This document shows positions 1-12,800 of a stretch of 60,000 nt of DNA, piece after piece (the first letter of the stretch is position 1; each line of letters opens with the position of its first letter). Position numbers and translations under genes: made by a program. The DNA is from Camelus dromedarius (Eukaryota), in contig NC_087438.1 of NCBI RefSeq assembly GCF_036321535.1, positions 2,296,001 through 2,356,000 of the forward strand, given 5' to 3'. The notes below the pieces were generated by a model. The model did no database searches and was not told the origin of the DNA. It was given only the letters and a program-made list of their open reading frames with translations.

Positions 1-2948
1 CTGGGGGGGAGGTGGTGCCAGTGACAGTGGGTGTCGGGGCCAGGAGTCAAAGTCAGATTTTCAGGTCTGCAGTAAAGTTCAGGGAAGTTCCTTGCAGCTG
101 AAGGATCAAACTATGGGTCTAAGACCCTTTCATGACTTGTGCTTTTCATAAAATGTGTTTTTTCAGACAAATCCAAATCAAATTTATTTAAAACTCAAAT
201 GTTGGACCCGAATCCATACGTAGTGAATCAGGAGATTTCTAGGCAAGAACCGTTCATTTTAACATGCTTTCCAAGGAATTCTGAAGCTTCAGAAGTTCAG
301 GATAACATATGGACTTCCTGACTGGATTCTGAGGAGCCAGGAGTGAAAGATGAGCTTGGAAAGGAGACGAGCCTGGGCTCAGACTGGGCTGGAAAGTGGA
401 AGCCAGAGGAGCGATAAATCCAGACAAAGGCCGCATCTAACATTTCAGCGGGAACGCTCCCTCTCTTCCAAAGGAAGCACTCAATTGCCTTAAAATAGCC
501 TTTCTGGGCAAGAGAAGAGACCCACCGCTGCGCAGCTCCATCCAGGCTCAGGGACTGTGTTCCTACCTGAAGGCTGACGTATGAGGTGCTCAGGAGATGG
601 ACCCACCTACTCGGCGATTGAGGGACCTGAGGGTATCCCAGCAGGGGAAGGAAGTGAATGTGACCGCTGATAAATGACCTCGTGCACCACCGAAGGATAC
701 AAAGATGACGACCCAAGAGGCCATCTGTGAGCTGGGCTCGGGGTGGGATGAGACTAGATCGGAAAGACCCTTTGGAGGCAGAAGTGACGGGTCTTAGTCA
801 GTGGAGGTATATGGCCACAGAAAGGCCGAGCTAAAAATAAGCATCCCTGTGGATGATAGTCGGGTATCGGAGGAGGAAACAGGTTTGGAGGCGGACAGAC
901 TGATGGCTGGGAGGGAGGGACTACCGGATGATTCTTCCGGGCAGAAAATTCAGTGTTGATCTTAATAAGGCTCTGGGAGACCCGCAGGTTTGTTCTTCAG
1001 GTGGGAGACACTAAGGCTCGGAGAGGTGGTTTCTCCTCGGATCGCTTGGCTTGATGAAAAAAGGAAACCAATAATTCAAGGGGCAGGGAAGAATTTGCAG
1101 GAAGTCAACACAATCACACTGTTGAAGCAAACATATGTCATGGCAGGCAGGGCAGCTGTGTTCCAGCCCCGCGCGGAAAGAGCCTTGAGAAGCAGGAGCT
1201 TCCATCCTTGTGCGACGAGGGGACCTCCACGTGTGGCCGGGCAGATTTACACACACACAGCGCCCCACAAAGGCACATCTCTTCTGATAAGACTAACCTT
1301 CCTCGGGGGAAGAGTGTTAACACCAGGGTTTTAATGGAGCTTCTTCTAGTTAACTTCGCACCCAACCTGGTTGTTACACCGCGATATAATTAAGTGAGGT
1401 GCGAGCTCCCCAGAAATTACCTATGGACTTGACGAGCCTGTGGACTACCCAGCTGTTAACAAGCTTGCAGCGGCAGCTTTTTCCCCTCCTTCCTCCCTCC
1501 AGATAAAGCCAAGTCAACCACTGGAAGCAGGACAGGGCTTATCCCCAGTGAGGACGCCACGGGTGCTGATAAGGTATTAATTGACACTGAGCTTCTCCAT
1601 GGCTGATGGGAATCAATGATCTGTTTTGCACACACGTGCGCATTTACGGCGTTAGCAAGGGAAGCGTGTGGACAGAAGCCCAGCGCTCCTGTCCTGTGAT
1701 CCCGAGGAAGCTCCACCCCCACGTGGCCGTAGGGAGCTTTGTGCCGCAACACACGGAAGGGTGGCTACCTGCTTGACGGCTGCTGACTTCCTCTTCCCTC
1801 GTGATGCAGCTGTTAACTTGGTCTTTGGGTAACAGCCAACATTTTGATGCTGGGGGAGGCTTGCAAGGAAATGCCTGTCGTCTGTGTTAGTCATGATAAT
1901 AACGGTATTTGCCTTTATCTGACAGCGTTACTTTTCCCATACATCGGTGTCGTTCCAGATTTGTTTAATTTAACACTTTATACATCGTAAAGAATCAACT
2001 AAATACTTAAATACCGTGTCATAAAAGACACGACTGCACCTTCCTGACGTGGGGAGAACCCCGCGGAGTCTGACCAGGGTGAGGAGGTGGGTCAGCGAGC
2101 CGTGGTTCGCAAACAGTCAGCGGCTCCCCGGAAGACAAGCGAGTCAGGATCCTGAAAACCGGGCAAGTCAGCGATTCTTCAGCTTCACAAGAAGGCGCAG
2201 AACCCTGTGTTCAGGCCAAACGTACCTGGAAACTCAAGCTGCAAAACCGGGAGGCAGAGCTGTCCCGTCTGGAGGACAAGGGGGAAGCCCCCAGGCTGTC
2301 CCAGGCCCGCCTCCTCTTACCTGCCCCGGGTGTGCCTGAGCGGACTGCCCGGGACAGCCAGGGGGGTGGGGACCAGCCTCCTCACCCACCCACAGGAGCA
2401 CCGAGGACAGAGCGGTCCGGGCACAGGGGCCGCGGACCCGGCTCGCCCTTCCCTCCCTGGGACACCCAGGCACCCGGGCTGAGATGTTCCCAGCCCTGCA
2501 GCTTGGACCCACACAGCCTCCTGATGCTCCTCTGACGCAGCTAGTGGTGTCCTGCACGCCCGCGCAACACCTGCTGTATCTCCTCGTGGCCCAGAATAGA
2601 GCCCAAACAGCCCCTGTGCTCCGGAAGCTCGCTCTGGTTTGGCCTCGGGCTCCCGCTGCCTCCTGGCCAGCGCCAGCTACAGCCTGGCCGACCTGCTTGC
2701 GGCCTCCGAGCCCGCGGACGTGGGGACACCCTCTGCTCACACGCTGCCCATCCCACCCAAGTCCCCTCCAAGCCCTGCTGCAGGTGGCAGGTCGCTGCAC
2801 CCTGTCCTCACCGACACAGCGAATCACTTCCTCTTCTGATTCCTCGGGTCTGAGTCCCTGGGGCATCAGTTCAGGTCTGGTCTGGGGCAGAAACTACGGA
2901 GTGATGTGGCCAGTGAATGGTTCATAGGACCAGTTCTTGATTAGGCAT

Positions 2949-3398
2949 TGTTGTGGGTTGAATCCTGTCCCTTCGCGATTCACAGGTTGAATTCCTAGCC
3001 CCCACTGCCTCAGAATGTGACCTTCTCTGGAAGTGGGGTCCTTGCTGATGTGATTAGCTCAAAAGAGGTCACACTGGAGTAGTAGGCCAGGCCCTAATCC
3101 GATGTGACTGGCGTCCTTGTGAAGAAGGGGACATGTGGACCCATGCAAGCACAGGGAGGGCGTCATGTGAGATGAAGACAGAGAGGGGGGTGAGGCGCCA
3201 GCAAGCCGAGGAACCCCGAAGATGACCGGGAACCCCCAGAAGGGGAGACAGAGGCCCAGAGGGGACCCTCCCTCACAACCCCAGCGGGAGCCCGCCCTGC
3301 CCACACCGCGATCTCGGACGTCTAACCTCCAGGCTGCGAGAGGACACATTTAAGCTGCCCCGACTGGACACTTTGCTGCAGTCGCCCTGGTAAACACA
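2949..3398 (+). mobile_element. MaLR solo LTR (MLT1-like)
   Basis: TG...CA ends and typical MLT1 text (tgttgtgggttgaat...cctcagaatgtgacctt...ccctaatccgatgtgactggcgtcctt...). Confidence 0.8.
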
Positions 3399-4239
3399 GT
3401 GTGTAGAGTTTTCCAAGTAGTTAATTGAAAAGTCGAAAGGAGAACAGAAGACGGCTCAGACGCAGGAGCGGGAAGCAGCTGCTGCCCCGGGGCCAGGAAA
3501 CAGGAGAAAGAGGGCAGACCTTGTAGACAGCGTGCGGAGCTGGAGCCCCGACCTCTGAGGCCGGAACGCTGCTCGCTGGCTCTGGCTCCCGAGGGAACAC
3601 GGTGGACCGGCTCTGTGGGCGCCGGAAACCCGCAGATGGACTCAGCTGTGCTCCCAGGAGGAAGGGCTGCTCCCGGGGTGGAGTGCTCCTGCCGGGAGGA
3701 TGCTGAGCATCAGGGAAGTGATCCAGTCGGCTCCTCCCATCCTGCAGCCTCTAACGGAGAGAAACTGGCAACGCAGAAGCGGGGTTCGCAGGTCTCAGCA
3801 TCGCAGCATCGCAGCATCTCAGGATAAAGGTAGAAGGGGCGTGAGAAGCTCAAAGCTAAAGAGCTAGCACGTCCCTCCTTGCACGTACTTCTGCCTCATG
3901 GAGTGATGAGGTGTCTGTGTGTGCTTCACTGAACTGTCTAACTTACCTTAGACACCTCCATGTTTCAACCACTGTCTTGCTTTGCTTAGCATCCCCCATG
4001 GCACAAGACACTGGTCATTTCTTAAAGCGGTTCCTCCACAAGTGTCTGTTATAGGAATAAATGAAAAAAGAGGTAACAGGGAACAGGAGTCAGGAGCTTC
4101 TAATAGCTGCTTTCAGGGGTAGGGTGGATTGCAGGATCAGCTGGATCCAGGAGCACTGGGGGCAGGGGGCTCACACAGGGTTGGAGAGGAGAGGGTGGGA
4201 AGGGGGCTAAATCATGGGATGCACAAGTTGGCCCTTGTC

Positions 4240-4370
4240 ACACTGTGGAGCTGGGTGCCAAGGTTCTAATCCTGGATTTATTACACACTTGCTAAGTGAC
4301 CTTAGACAAACCACTTCACTCAACCCTAGAGATAATGTCACACAGTCTTCAGCTTGTAAAATGATCACGG
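4240..4370 (+). mobile_element. MIR SINE fragment
   Basis: ggttctaatcctgg...gtgaccttagacaaaccacttcac...cagcttgtaaaatg resembles the MIR core. Confidence 0.55.
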
Positions 4371-5120
4371 GGCCCTTCCCGCACCTTGCCACCGCGGCGA
4401 TAACGCGCCTGCAGGCAGTGCGGTGCGGCCGCTGAGGAAAGGCAGAATCCGGCGCAAATTTCCCATTTCTCCTGCAATTCCCTGACCACGGACTTATGTG
4501 CACACACCGGCCCTCCCCCTCAGGACGTGGGTAGATTCCAGGCAGGGGCCGAGGTACTACTGTCTTTTCCTTTTTCGTGAAACCTGGGAAACAGAGTTTA
4601 ACTGGCACCTTTGAAATTTTCCTGCGTTAAATGACATGGAGAGTGCGGGGCAGCGTCCGTGGTGTGGGGCCTCCGGGGCCAGAGCCATCAGCTGCCGGCC
4701 TGGGAGGAACCGGGACAGAGTGGGAGTCATCTGGGGCTCCGGATAAAACTCATTTTCTCTGACACGCTTGCTTCCAAACTAAGGCCCTTCTTGCCCAGGG
4801 AGTTTACTAACCGCGCAGACTTGCCGGTCCTCTTAGACCTGAACAAACAGGGCGGCCGAACCTAACCTTTGAGAGCGGCCAGCGCTGAAGAGGGTCCATG
4901 CTGAGAACACAGCGCCTGCTGGACAGCCCACCGTTTCATTCTGGTTTTAATGAAGGTGCCCGTGTTTTCTACAAACTTAAAGAGGCGGAAATGCTAGAGC
5001 TTCTTCTAAGATCTTCTGCCCCAAACTAAAGGATGTACTGCAGGCCCTGAAATGACTGTAACTCCAGCTAACAGACCCTGGTGCTGTTTGGAGTGGGACG
5101 CGGTAGGTGGCCACGGAAGG

Positions 5121-5506
5121 TGTTCTGGGCTGAACTGTGCCCCCCAAAATGTGCATGTTGAAGGCCTAACCTCAGGCACCTGAGTGTGACTATTTGGAGA
5201 CGGGCTTTTAAAGATGTGGTTCTGTTAAAACGAGTTCATTAAGGTCAGTGCTAATCCAATCTGACTGCTGCTTCTACAGGAGAGCAGTCTGGACACACAG
5301 AGGACCCCAGGAATACACCTGCTCAGAGAAAAGGCCAGGTGAGGACACAAGAAAGGAGGCCCTGTGCAGGCCAGGCAGGGAGAAACCAGCCCTGCCCGCA
5401 CCTGGTCTCCACCTTCCAGCCCCAGAACTGGGGGAAAATGCATTTCCCTTGTTGAAACCACCCAGTCGATGGTATTTTGTTACTGCGGCCAGAGCCGCCT
5501 CAGACA
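5121..5506 (+). mobile_element. MaLR solo LTR (MLT1A-like)
   Basis: tgttctgggctgaactgtgcccccc...ggtattttgttactgcggcc...agaca. Imperfect 5-bp TSD gaagg/gacgg. Confidence 0.82.
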
Positions 5507-8300
5507 GACGGCAGAGCTCTGGAGGCCTCTTCTAAACTTGGTTCTGCCCTCCGCTGCAACTGAGAAGCAGCAGTCATTGACCAAGAGGGTGTTAATCCTT
5601 CTTTCCTCCAAAGAGTGATTGGAAAGGACGCTCCTCCCACCCCAGCGCCTCAGCCAGCCTCCCGTCCAGAGTGTGGACCTGGCCGAGGAGCGTCGGGTCA
5701 ATGCACTGACGGTTCCCCGAGAAAATGTAATATTCCCCGTGCCGGAGATTAAGGGCACCTATCTCTGTCCATTCACATCCATCCGAGGTCGAATTAGGAG
5801 CTGTGATTAGCCTGTCAGTCACTGAGCTTTCTGCAGAGAGTGGACCGCAGGCCGGGTGGGTTTCTGCGGAGGAGGGGGGAGCCCCAGACCCTGAGCAGGT
5901 GGCGTGGAAGGAGTGTCTCAGCAGCCGCCATCAGCGGGACAGCAAAGGAAGGGCCCCCAGACACAGACAGAGGGCAGGCAAGGGAAGCCTCCAGGCCCGG
6001 GGCTCTGCTCAGCGCGGCCGCCTCCTTGGCCGTGGGTGCGTCATGTTCTCTGGTCAAAGAACCCTCTGGAAGTGTGTCTGGGGAAGAAGGCAGCCCCTCC
6101 TCCTCTCCTTCCTTCTCTCTGAACATCATTCAACACACACTCAACACCCCAAAGGTGGCATCAGTCTGGAGGCCTGAGGGACCCTGTGCCGTCTGTCTTG
6201 CACGAAGCTGGTGGAGCTTCGGTCCAACACCCGTGACCCTGGAGCAGCTCTGGGGACAGCTGTGGGTGACCTTAAAGTGAGAAGTGGCACCTGAGCAAAA
6301 GCAGACTCGGGACCCCTAGGTGTGGGCATGCTTCGCTTCCCCCGTAGACCGTCCCATACCCCCAGCTTTGCTCTTCCGTGGGCATGGGCCTGGAAGATGC
6401 TGGTGGACTCTGTGCATCTTCAGAACATCTGATAAACTGTCAGCACCCGAGCCCCCAAAGTGTCCTCTGTGGGCGTTTTTGTTGAATGGATGTCCCTTAA
6501 ATGAGCAGATTTTAACCTGTCACCAGTGACGTCCAGTCCACACGCTGTGCGTGAAAGATGGAGCCTTCTACCTCCGATGCTGTGTGGGCTGATTTTTGTC
6601 AACTGGTATTTTAAAAAGGTATTTCGAGTGGTAGGCTTTATCTTTAATAATATAAGCGATTGAGGGCTGAGAGGAAGGCAGAGGAGATAGGACACTGTTT
6701 GGTCTCCATTTCAAACATTTTGGGAAGCGCCCGACATAAATATGCCATTTAGTCTTCCCCTTCCTCCGTCCCTCACATATCGTTTCCTTTGAGGGTTTTA
6801 CTAGCAAATCGTCTTTGGATTCGCTCAGATCTGAGAAAAGCATTATCGTTCCTGAGCTCTTATCTCGTGTCCTTTCTGGTTGTTATTGTCAGTTGCTATT
6901 TGGAAGAGTATGTGCAGTAAATTCATAAATAAGTTTAAAAATGTGTACTCATGTCGATCTGCTCCTTAGGAAGGAAGGTGCTACTGTAATCATAATTTAA
7001 TAAGAATAAGTTTATATTACAATTTAACCACTATCGGTTGTTAAAGCATCAATTTTAAAATGCACAGCTATGATAAAAATCAGGGGCCCTAAAAAAACAG
7101 AATAATTCTGGTCAAAGAGTTGTATTTTTCTTATAGGCCTATTCCTCCTTAGTTGAACACTATATTGATAATATTCAGTATTTATGTGATTATACTGTCC
7201 AAACCTGCAACTGGAGTAAATTACTTGATTAATGAACCATTAATGAAAATAACAGTGGAAATCAAACAAGTGGATTTGATGTGTCCTTATTTCCTATTCT
7301 GTCTTTAGTGAGAGGGTGAAACATCCCCCCCGCCCAATCCCAGACATACATTTCACTGCTGAAATTCCACGACGCAGGGATAGAAAATTCTGTCCATCAT
7401 ACAGGGCAGGGGAGGGAATGAAGCAGTCTGCGTCTGCAGCAACTTGACCACAGAAAACACAGCCATCGCGTTAGACTTCTAGCAGGTCACACTCCTCCCT
7501 GAGGACCCCAGCTATGAACTTGGCACAAATGGCACTGAGTATTGAGTCACCAGGAGACAAGTCATCTTCAGAACCCATCAGAAAAGATGGCAGGGCTTGG
7601 AATTATTTGCTCTTGCTTTTGTAAAACAAGAGGAACTGAAATCCTTCCCTCATTTAGGACTCAAGGGTTAAGATCGAAGTCTGGGCGATCATAACTTCCT
7701 TTCCTCTAAAGGCTGGTAACCTCAGAAAGCCTTCCTGCTGCTGGTGAGGGTGCCTCAGGGGCCCAGAGGAGCTGGGCTGGGGTTTCCCTGAAGGATGCAC
7801 CACCTCACTGCAAATACTCATCATGCAGTGGGTCTTCTAATAGGCAGCTGTCATCTGGCACTAGGAAAAAAAATGCTACGGAAGGCAAAATGAAATAAGT
7901 TTAAAAACAGACTTATATGAGAAAACGTTAGAAGATATTAATTTCAAAAGGGGCATGTGCACAAAAGAGAACAAAACCTCTGCTGACAGGATGCTGCCTT
8001 CCCCACGTCTTCCCGCGATGCTCGCAGTCCGTGTGTGAGCACTGCAGTAACAGTCACATTCTCAAGGAGTTAAAATATAAAGCTTAATACATGACTGCTT
8101 TTAAACTGGAATGTCCTTATAACACAAGTTCTTATCAGAGGTCTGCACCGCACTTGGCAAACAAGACGTTCTACCTTTTAAGCAAATAATTCATTAGGTA
8201 ATTAAATTCAAGTGAGATTATTCTAATTAAATACACACTGCTGTGGAATCATAATTTCTATGTGGTCTAGTTAAACATGAACAATCTCTTACTCCTAACC

Positions 8301-8349
8301 AAAAAAAAAAAAAAAAAGAGAGAGAAAGAAAAAGAAAAAAAAGAGAAAA
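8301..8349 (+). repeat. Poly-A / A-G low-complexity tract
   Basis: A17 followed by (AG)n/(A)nG. Confidence 0.9.
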
Positions 8350-8549
8350 AGCTTTGAAAGAATCCCCTGGTGGCTGGAAGAATAGATTTACACGCATCGC
8401 ACAGAGGTCATTTCAAGAAGAGAAACCAACACCCACGCGATCTGGGGCTGAGGAGGGGTTCTCCAGTCTGGGGATTCCGGAAGTTCGGGCTGCTTGCTCT
8501 GGGTTCTACTAAAAGGCTGGAACCCGGCAGGAAGGAAGTCGCAATGACC

Positions 8550-9850
8550 TTTCTTGGGAGCTTGGTGGTTGCGTGCGCGCGCGCACAGCCTGGACCCCCG
8601 GGCGCGAGCCTGGCGCGGCGTCTGCCCAGCGCCCACTAGGCCCTGCGCCCCAGGCGCTCGGGAGGGAGGCCAGTGCTGGCCCAAGGACCCCAGGACTCGA
8701 GTAAAATGAAAAGTCACTTTGTCCCCCACACCGTGCTCGGCCCGTTTCCCTCTAATGGCATTAGGAGCAGCGGCCACGGAGGGAGGCGCTGCGGGGGCGC
8801 AGGAGTCCCCGATGGCTTTGACCTGCGCCTCCGGGCTGCGCAGGGCTGGCGGTCGGCTGCGCGGCCGCCCGGCTTTCATCTGCTCGACACGCGCTCGCCC
8901 GCGTCCCAGAGCAGGCAGCGACACCTGTACTGCGAGAATTTACAGCGCCGTGCTCCGGGACGGCGCTGACTTGGGACGGGTGAAGTACAAACACAAACTA
9001 ATTAAAAACTGCATAATGGCGCCCTACAGGAACACGGTGGAAAAACAAATAAATACAAGTTGCAGCTGGCGCGGCGATGGCACCTCTGCCCCCGAGCAAC
9101 CGTCTGGTGACATCAAATTACAAACCTGAAAACCCTCGCACCGTTGCCGTTGATCATATTGGAGACAGAATGGAAATGATCTGGTTAATTAAGGGAAGGT
9201 TTATAAAATATTTACGTGTGTGCACAGGCATGTAATTCACTTCCTCCGACACTCGGGGACGGCGGCATCGCGGCACTCCAGACCAGGCCACTGTAGTCCA
9301 TTTTTCTACCCTGGGGAACTCAGACCGGTTTCGGAGGCTCTGGGCGCCCGGGAGCGCACTTCGCGCCCCCGCCGTGCTCGGGTCCCAAGCGCCTAACCCA
9401 TCCAGACACTCCTGCGTTGCCCCAAGTGCGAAGTGCGCATACTGCCCCAAGCATTTGACAGTCCTGCCTCTCGCTTCTGGGCGGCTTTCTCCCGGGGTTT
9501 TCCTGGAGTCCGTGGGTGTCTCCTCCGACAACCCCACTGGGTCCTTCCTGACAAGGCGCGCACGTCTCGCCGCGGGGTCTCCGCAATCCCGCGCGCTCAG
9601 AACGTTGCTTGGGTGATACTCTTGGAGGCAGCAGGGGTGTCCCTGGTCACCCGCATGAGGCCCGAGCTTGGAATGGCAGGAGCGCGCAGGCTGGGACCCA
9701 GGGATCTGGGCTGAGAGGGCCCGGTGATCACCGCCGCCGCCCGCCCGGCTCCTGGCCTGGCGCCCCTGTGCGTGCGGGTTACAGCTGGGCGCTCCCGCAA
9801 GGGTCTCCACCGCCTGGGACTGTTTGACACTCGTCTCGTTGTCGCCAAGC
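8550..9850. promoter_or_regulatory. Upstream CpG island with an AT-rich, motif-dense core
   Basis: Dense CpG/CGCG content flanking an AT-rich block at about 8990-9240. Confidence 0.75.
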
Positions 9851-12800
9851 AGGGTGGCTTCCTAGATCCTGCTGGAGAAAGGTGCTAAGTCTTAATGAGT
9901 ATTTAACAAGACTCATAAATCAGGGCGCGAGCCTGGGGGCGGGGAAGGAACTGGCTGGGGCGAGGGGTGGGGAGGGGTGGAGAGGGGGCCAGGGTCAGGC
10001 TGCCCCTCCTGGCCACAGAGCTTCCGCCCAGCGCTGTAGCCTTGCCATCTGCAAAGCAAATAATGCATTTTGAAAGGCAAACGAGGAGGCCAAAACCCAG
10101 CTCGCTGCATCCCGGAGTCAGGTGTGCGGAGCCAAACGCAGGTCCCCTTAACGGCTCCAAGGATGGGCTGGTTCCCCAGGAGCTGCCTCCTCTTTTTCAG
10201 AGACCTAGGTCACCAAGGCTTCAAAATAAGCAGGAAATTATTTCAGAAGAAGTAAAATTGTAAATGAAGGTGATGTTCGGATTGTTTAATCTCATCCTGA
10301 TATAAGTATGCAGGCGTGGGAGTAGGGAGGGCAGCTGGACACACCTTTACTGAGGAGCTGGGGAAAGACAAGGGACAAGATTCTTCTCAGATTGGCGGTA
10401 ACAATTTCCTCCCCTTAGAAAATTAGTACCCCCACACCCATAATGAAAGTAGGCAAGCAAACTTCCATCAGCTTGGTTGGAAGGCCCATTGTTCACCTGC
10501 TCCCCCTCTCCAGCTCACTCCATGGCCTCAGGGCCTTCCCGCCCCCCCACCCCCCCACCCCCCAGGCCCACAGGAGTCCCCGCCCTCCGGAGCGGAGTCC
10601 GCACATGGGCAACCTGCACACACACCAGTGCACCCAGAGGCCCTGTTCTAGCCAGGGCGTGCTGAGGGTCTGGGCTCTCCACCCAGGGGGTCCCTGGCAA
10701 CTGCCCCTGTGGAAGCCCCATGTGGTCCTGCTTGAGATCAAGGCCAACTGTCACGGGCCCCTGAGAAGGGGTCGTTAGGGAACTCAGGGGCACCTAGACC
10801 AGGTGGAGCTCTGATTCAGCTGCGCAGCGACCCCTAGGTCTGGCTTTGCCCCTCTGAGTCCCTGCCTCTGGCTCAGTAAGGAGCCGGAGGCTACAAGGAG
10901 GGGTGTGCTCTGGCCAGCACAGCTTCCTGACCAACGATCAGGCCTGCATGATCCATCCCCTTGTGAGGTGGAGACTGCGGCTCAGGGTCTGGGAAGCAGG
11001 TCTCTCCCCACTCTGGACCCAGAGAAGTGGGGCTGGGGGCCACTGGTTTTTGATGGTGGGGCACTTGAAATACACCCTTCCAGTGGTCTGAGGCCGGGGC
11101 AGGACCTTACTTGTCCTTTGTCTTGGCCCTCTGCCTCCCGGACCACCAGAGCAGTGGCCCCAGATGGCAGAAGGGCTAAGCTGGTGAGCTGGGGCTGCCT
11201 CTTTGGGGGAAGCTCCGGATCCCTTAAGCGGTAATTCAGGTCAGCCTTCAGGTTCCAGCACAGGGCCGCTCTCTTGGCCCAGGCCTTCCCCGGCCCTACT
11301 TAACCACTGGGTGCTAAAGGTGAGTAGAGGGCTAGTGGGCAGACCCCCCCCCCCAAGCCTGGAGAAGTTCCTGATCCTTTTCGGCCCCTCCCCCTCTCCA
11401 ACAGGCTAATTTGGAGGCAGTTTTCTTCCTTTTTGGGTCTTCATTGCTTCCTAGTCTTCCACATGCACGTTTTTAGGTAAAAGTCCAAGGAGAGAGAAGG
11501 GTAGAGGTGGGGGAGGGGTGGTTGCCAGGCTCCACTAGGATTCCAGCCCCTGGGCCTGGGCAGAGAACAGCCACAGTTGCCCTCAGGGACATTTCCAGGG
11601 TGGGTGGGGGGCAAGTTGACTGGCCTTCCTAGTGCCAGTTCCCCCATCACTGCCTTTACTCAGGTACAAAAACCAGTGGGCACTTCCGCTTGCCTCCCTG
11701 GTGTTTTCAGGAACCTACGATCATTTCATGACCAGAATGGAGCTGCTACAGACAGGACATGGTGGGCTGTGGCGGGAGAGATGGTGGGCTGCTGCTGGCA
11801 GGCTGTGGGAAGGTGATTCATCCATGTGCCTGAGTCTTCACCCTGAGCAGCTTCTCTGGGCTTACATTCCACCTGGCTCTCCAGGTCACACAAGAGGGCT
11901 TATCTCACTTGTATTTACCTGCCACCCTGAAATGTGACACTGGAGTTTGCTAAACAGGACAGTGGTGGGGCTGGCCCATTAGTTTGCTTTGGGTGTTGGG
12001 GGGAGGAGAGGGGGTTGGGGAGTGTGGGGTGGTGGGCTGGGGAGCCGGAGGAAGCTGCAGTTGGGGACTCCCCCAAGCAGCAGTCGCCCCCGCCCTGCCC
12101 CCACCAGAAGCTGTATAGGTGGGAAAGGCGCCCAGGCGGTTGTAGGGGGTTTCTGGAGTGAGCAGAGGCAGGTGGGGAGGGGAGGGACAGCATGAACAGG
12201 GAGAAGAGCTGACTTTGAGCACAGAAAATAAAGCCTGATTACACAGCTGGTAATTAGTAATGACTATTATGGGCGTTCTCCTTGCTAATTATAGGCAGTG
12301 GCTCTGTGTCTGTCCTCAGGCCCCAAAACTGGGAAATGAGAGTCTTCCTGAACCCGCGGGAGTCCATGGCACAGCATGCTGGGTGCCTGTACTCCATTCT
12401 GTTGCCCCAAATGGGCCCAAACCGAGGCCAACACCCAAGTCCCTGGATGAGATGCCAACAGGGTCCGCGTTCCTGAACGGCCGCAGCAGGGGGTACTTTC
12501 CTGGCCCAGGCTGCCGCTTAGGAGATGGGGCGCAAAGTGGCCAAGGGAGCTCAGGCGGGTACGCTGGGCGCGTTCCCCACCGGGCCTCCAGGATCGAGCC
12601 AGCGAGTGCAGCTCAGAAGTGGCCTATCCAAGCTGTCCAGGGAGGCAAGGAGGACAGTGCACCCGGTCTAAGCCCTAGCCCCATCAGGTCCCAGGCGACC
12701 AGGAGCCATCCCTGAGCGCATCTTGCCTGGCTGCGTCCCCTCTCTCTTTCGGAGGCGGAAGATAGAAACGGAGAGGGAGGGAGAAGACGCCTGGTCCTGG

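Noticed and set aside
3796..3819. Short tandem repeats (cagcatcg x3; also ccaaggatccc x2 at about 35840 and gggacgacag x2 at about 41287)
   Set aside because: Ordinary slippage duplications with no repeat-spacer (CRISPR-like) architecture.
6560..7100. AT-rich block with weak resemblance to a hAT transposase remnant
   Set aside because: Similarity too weak to call by eye. It would need a Dfam or tblastn search.
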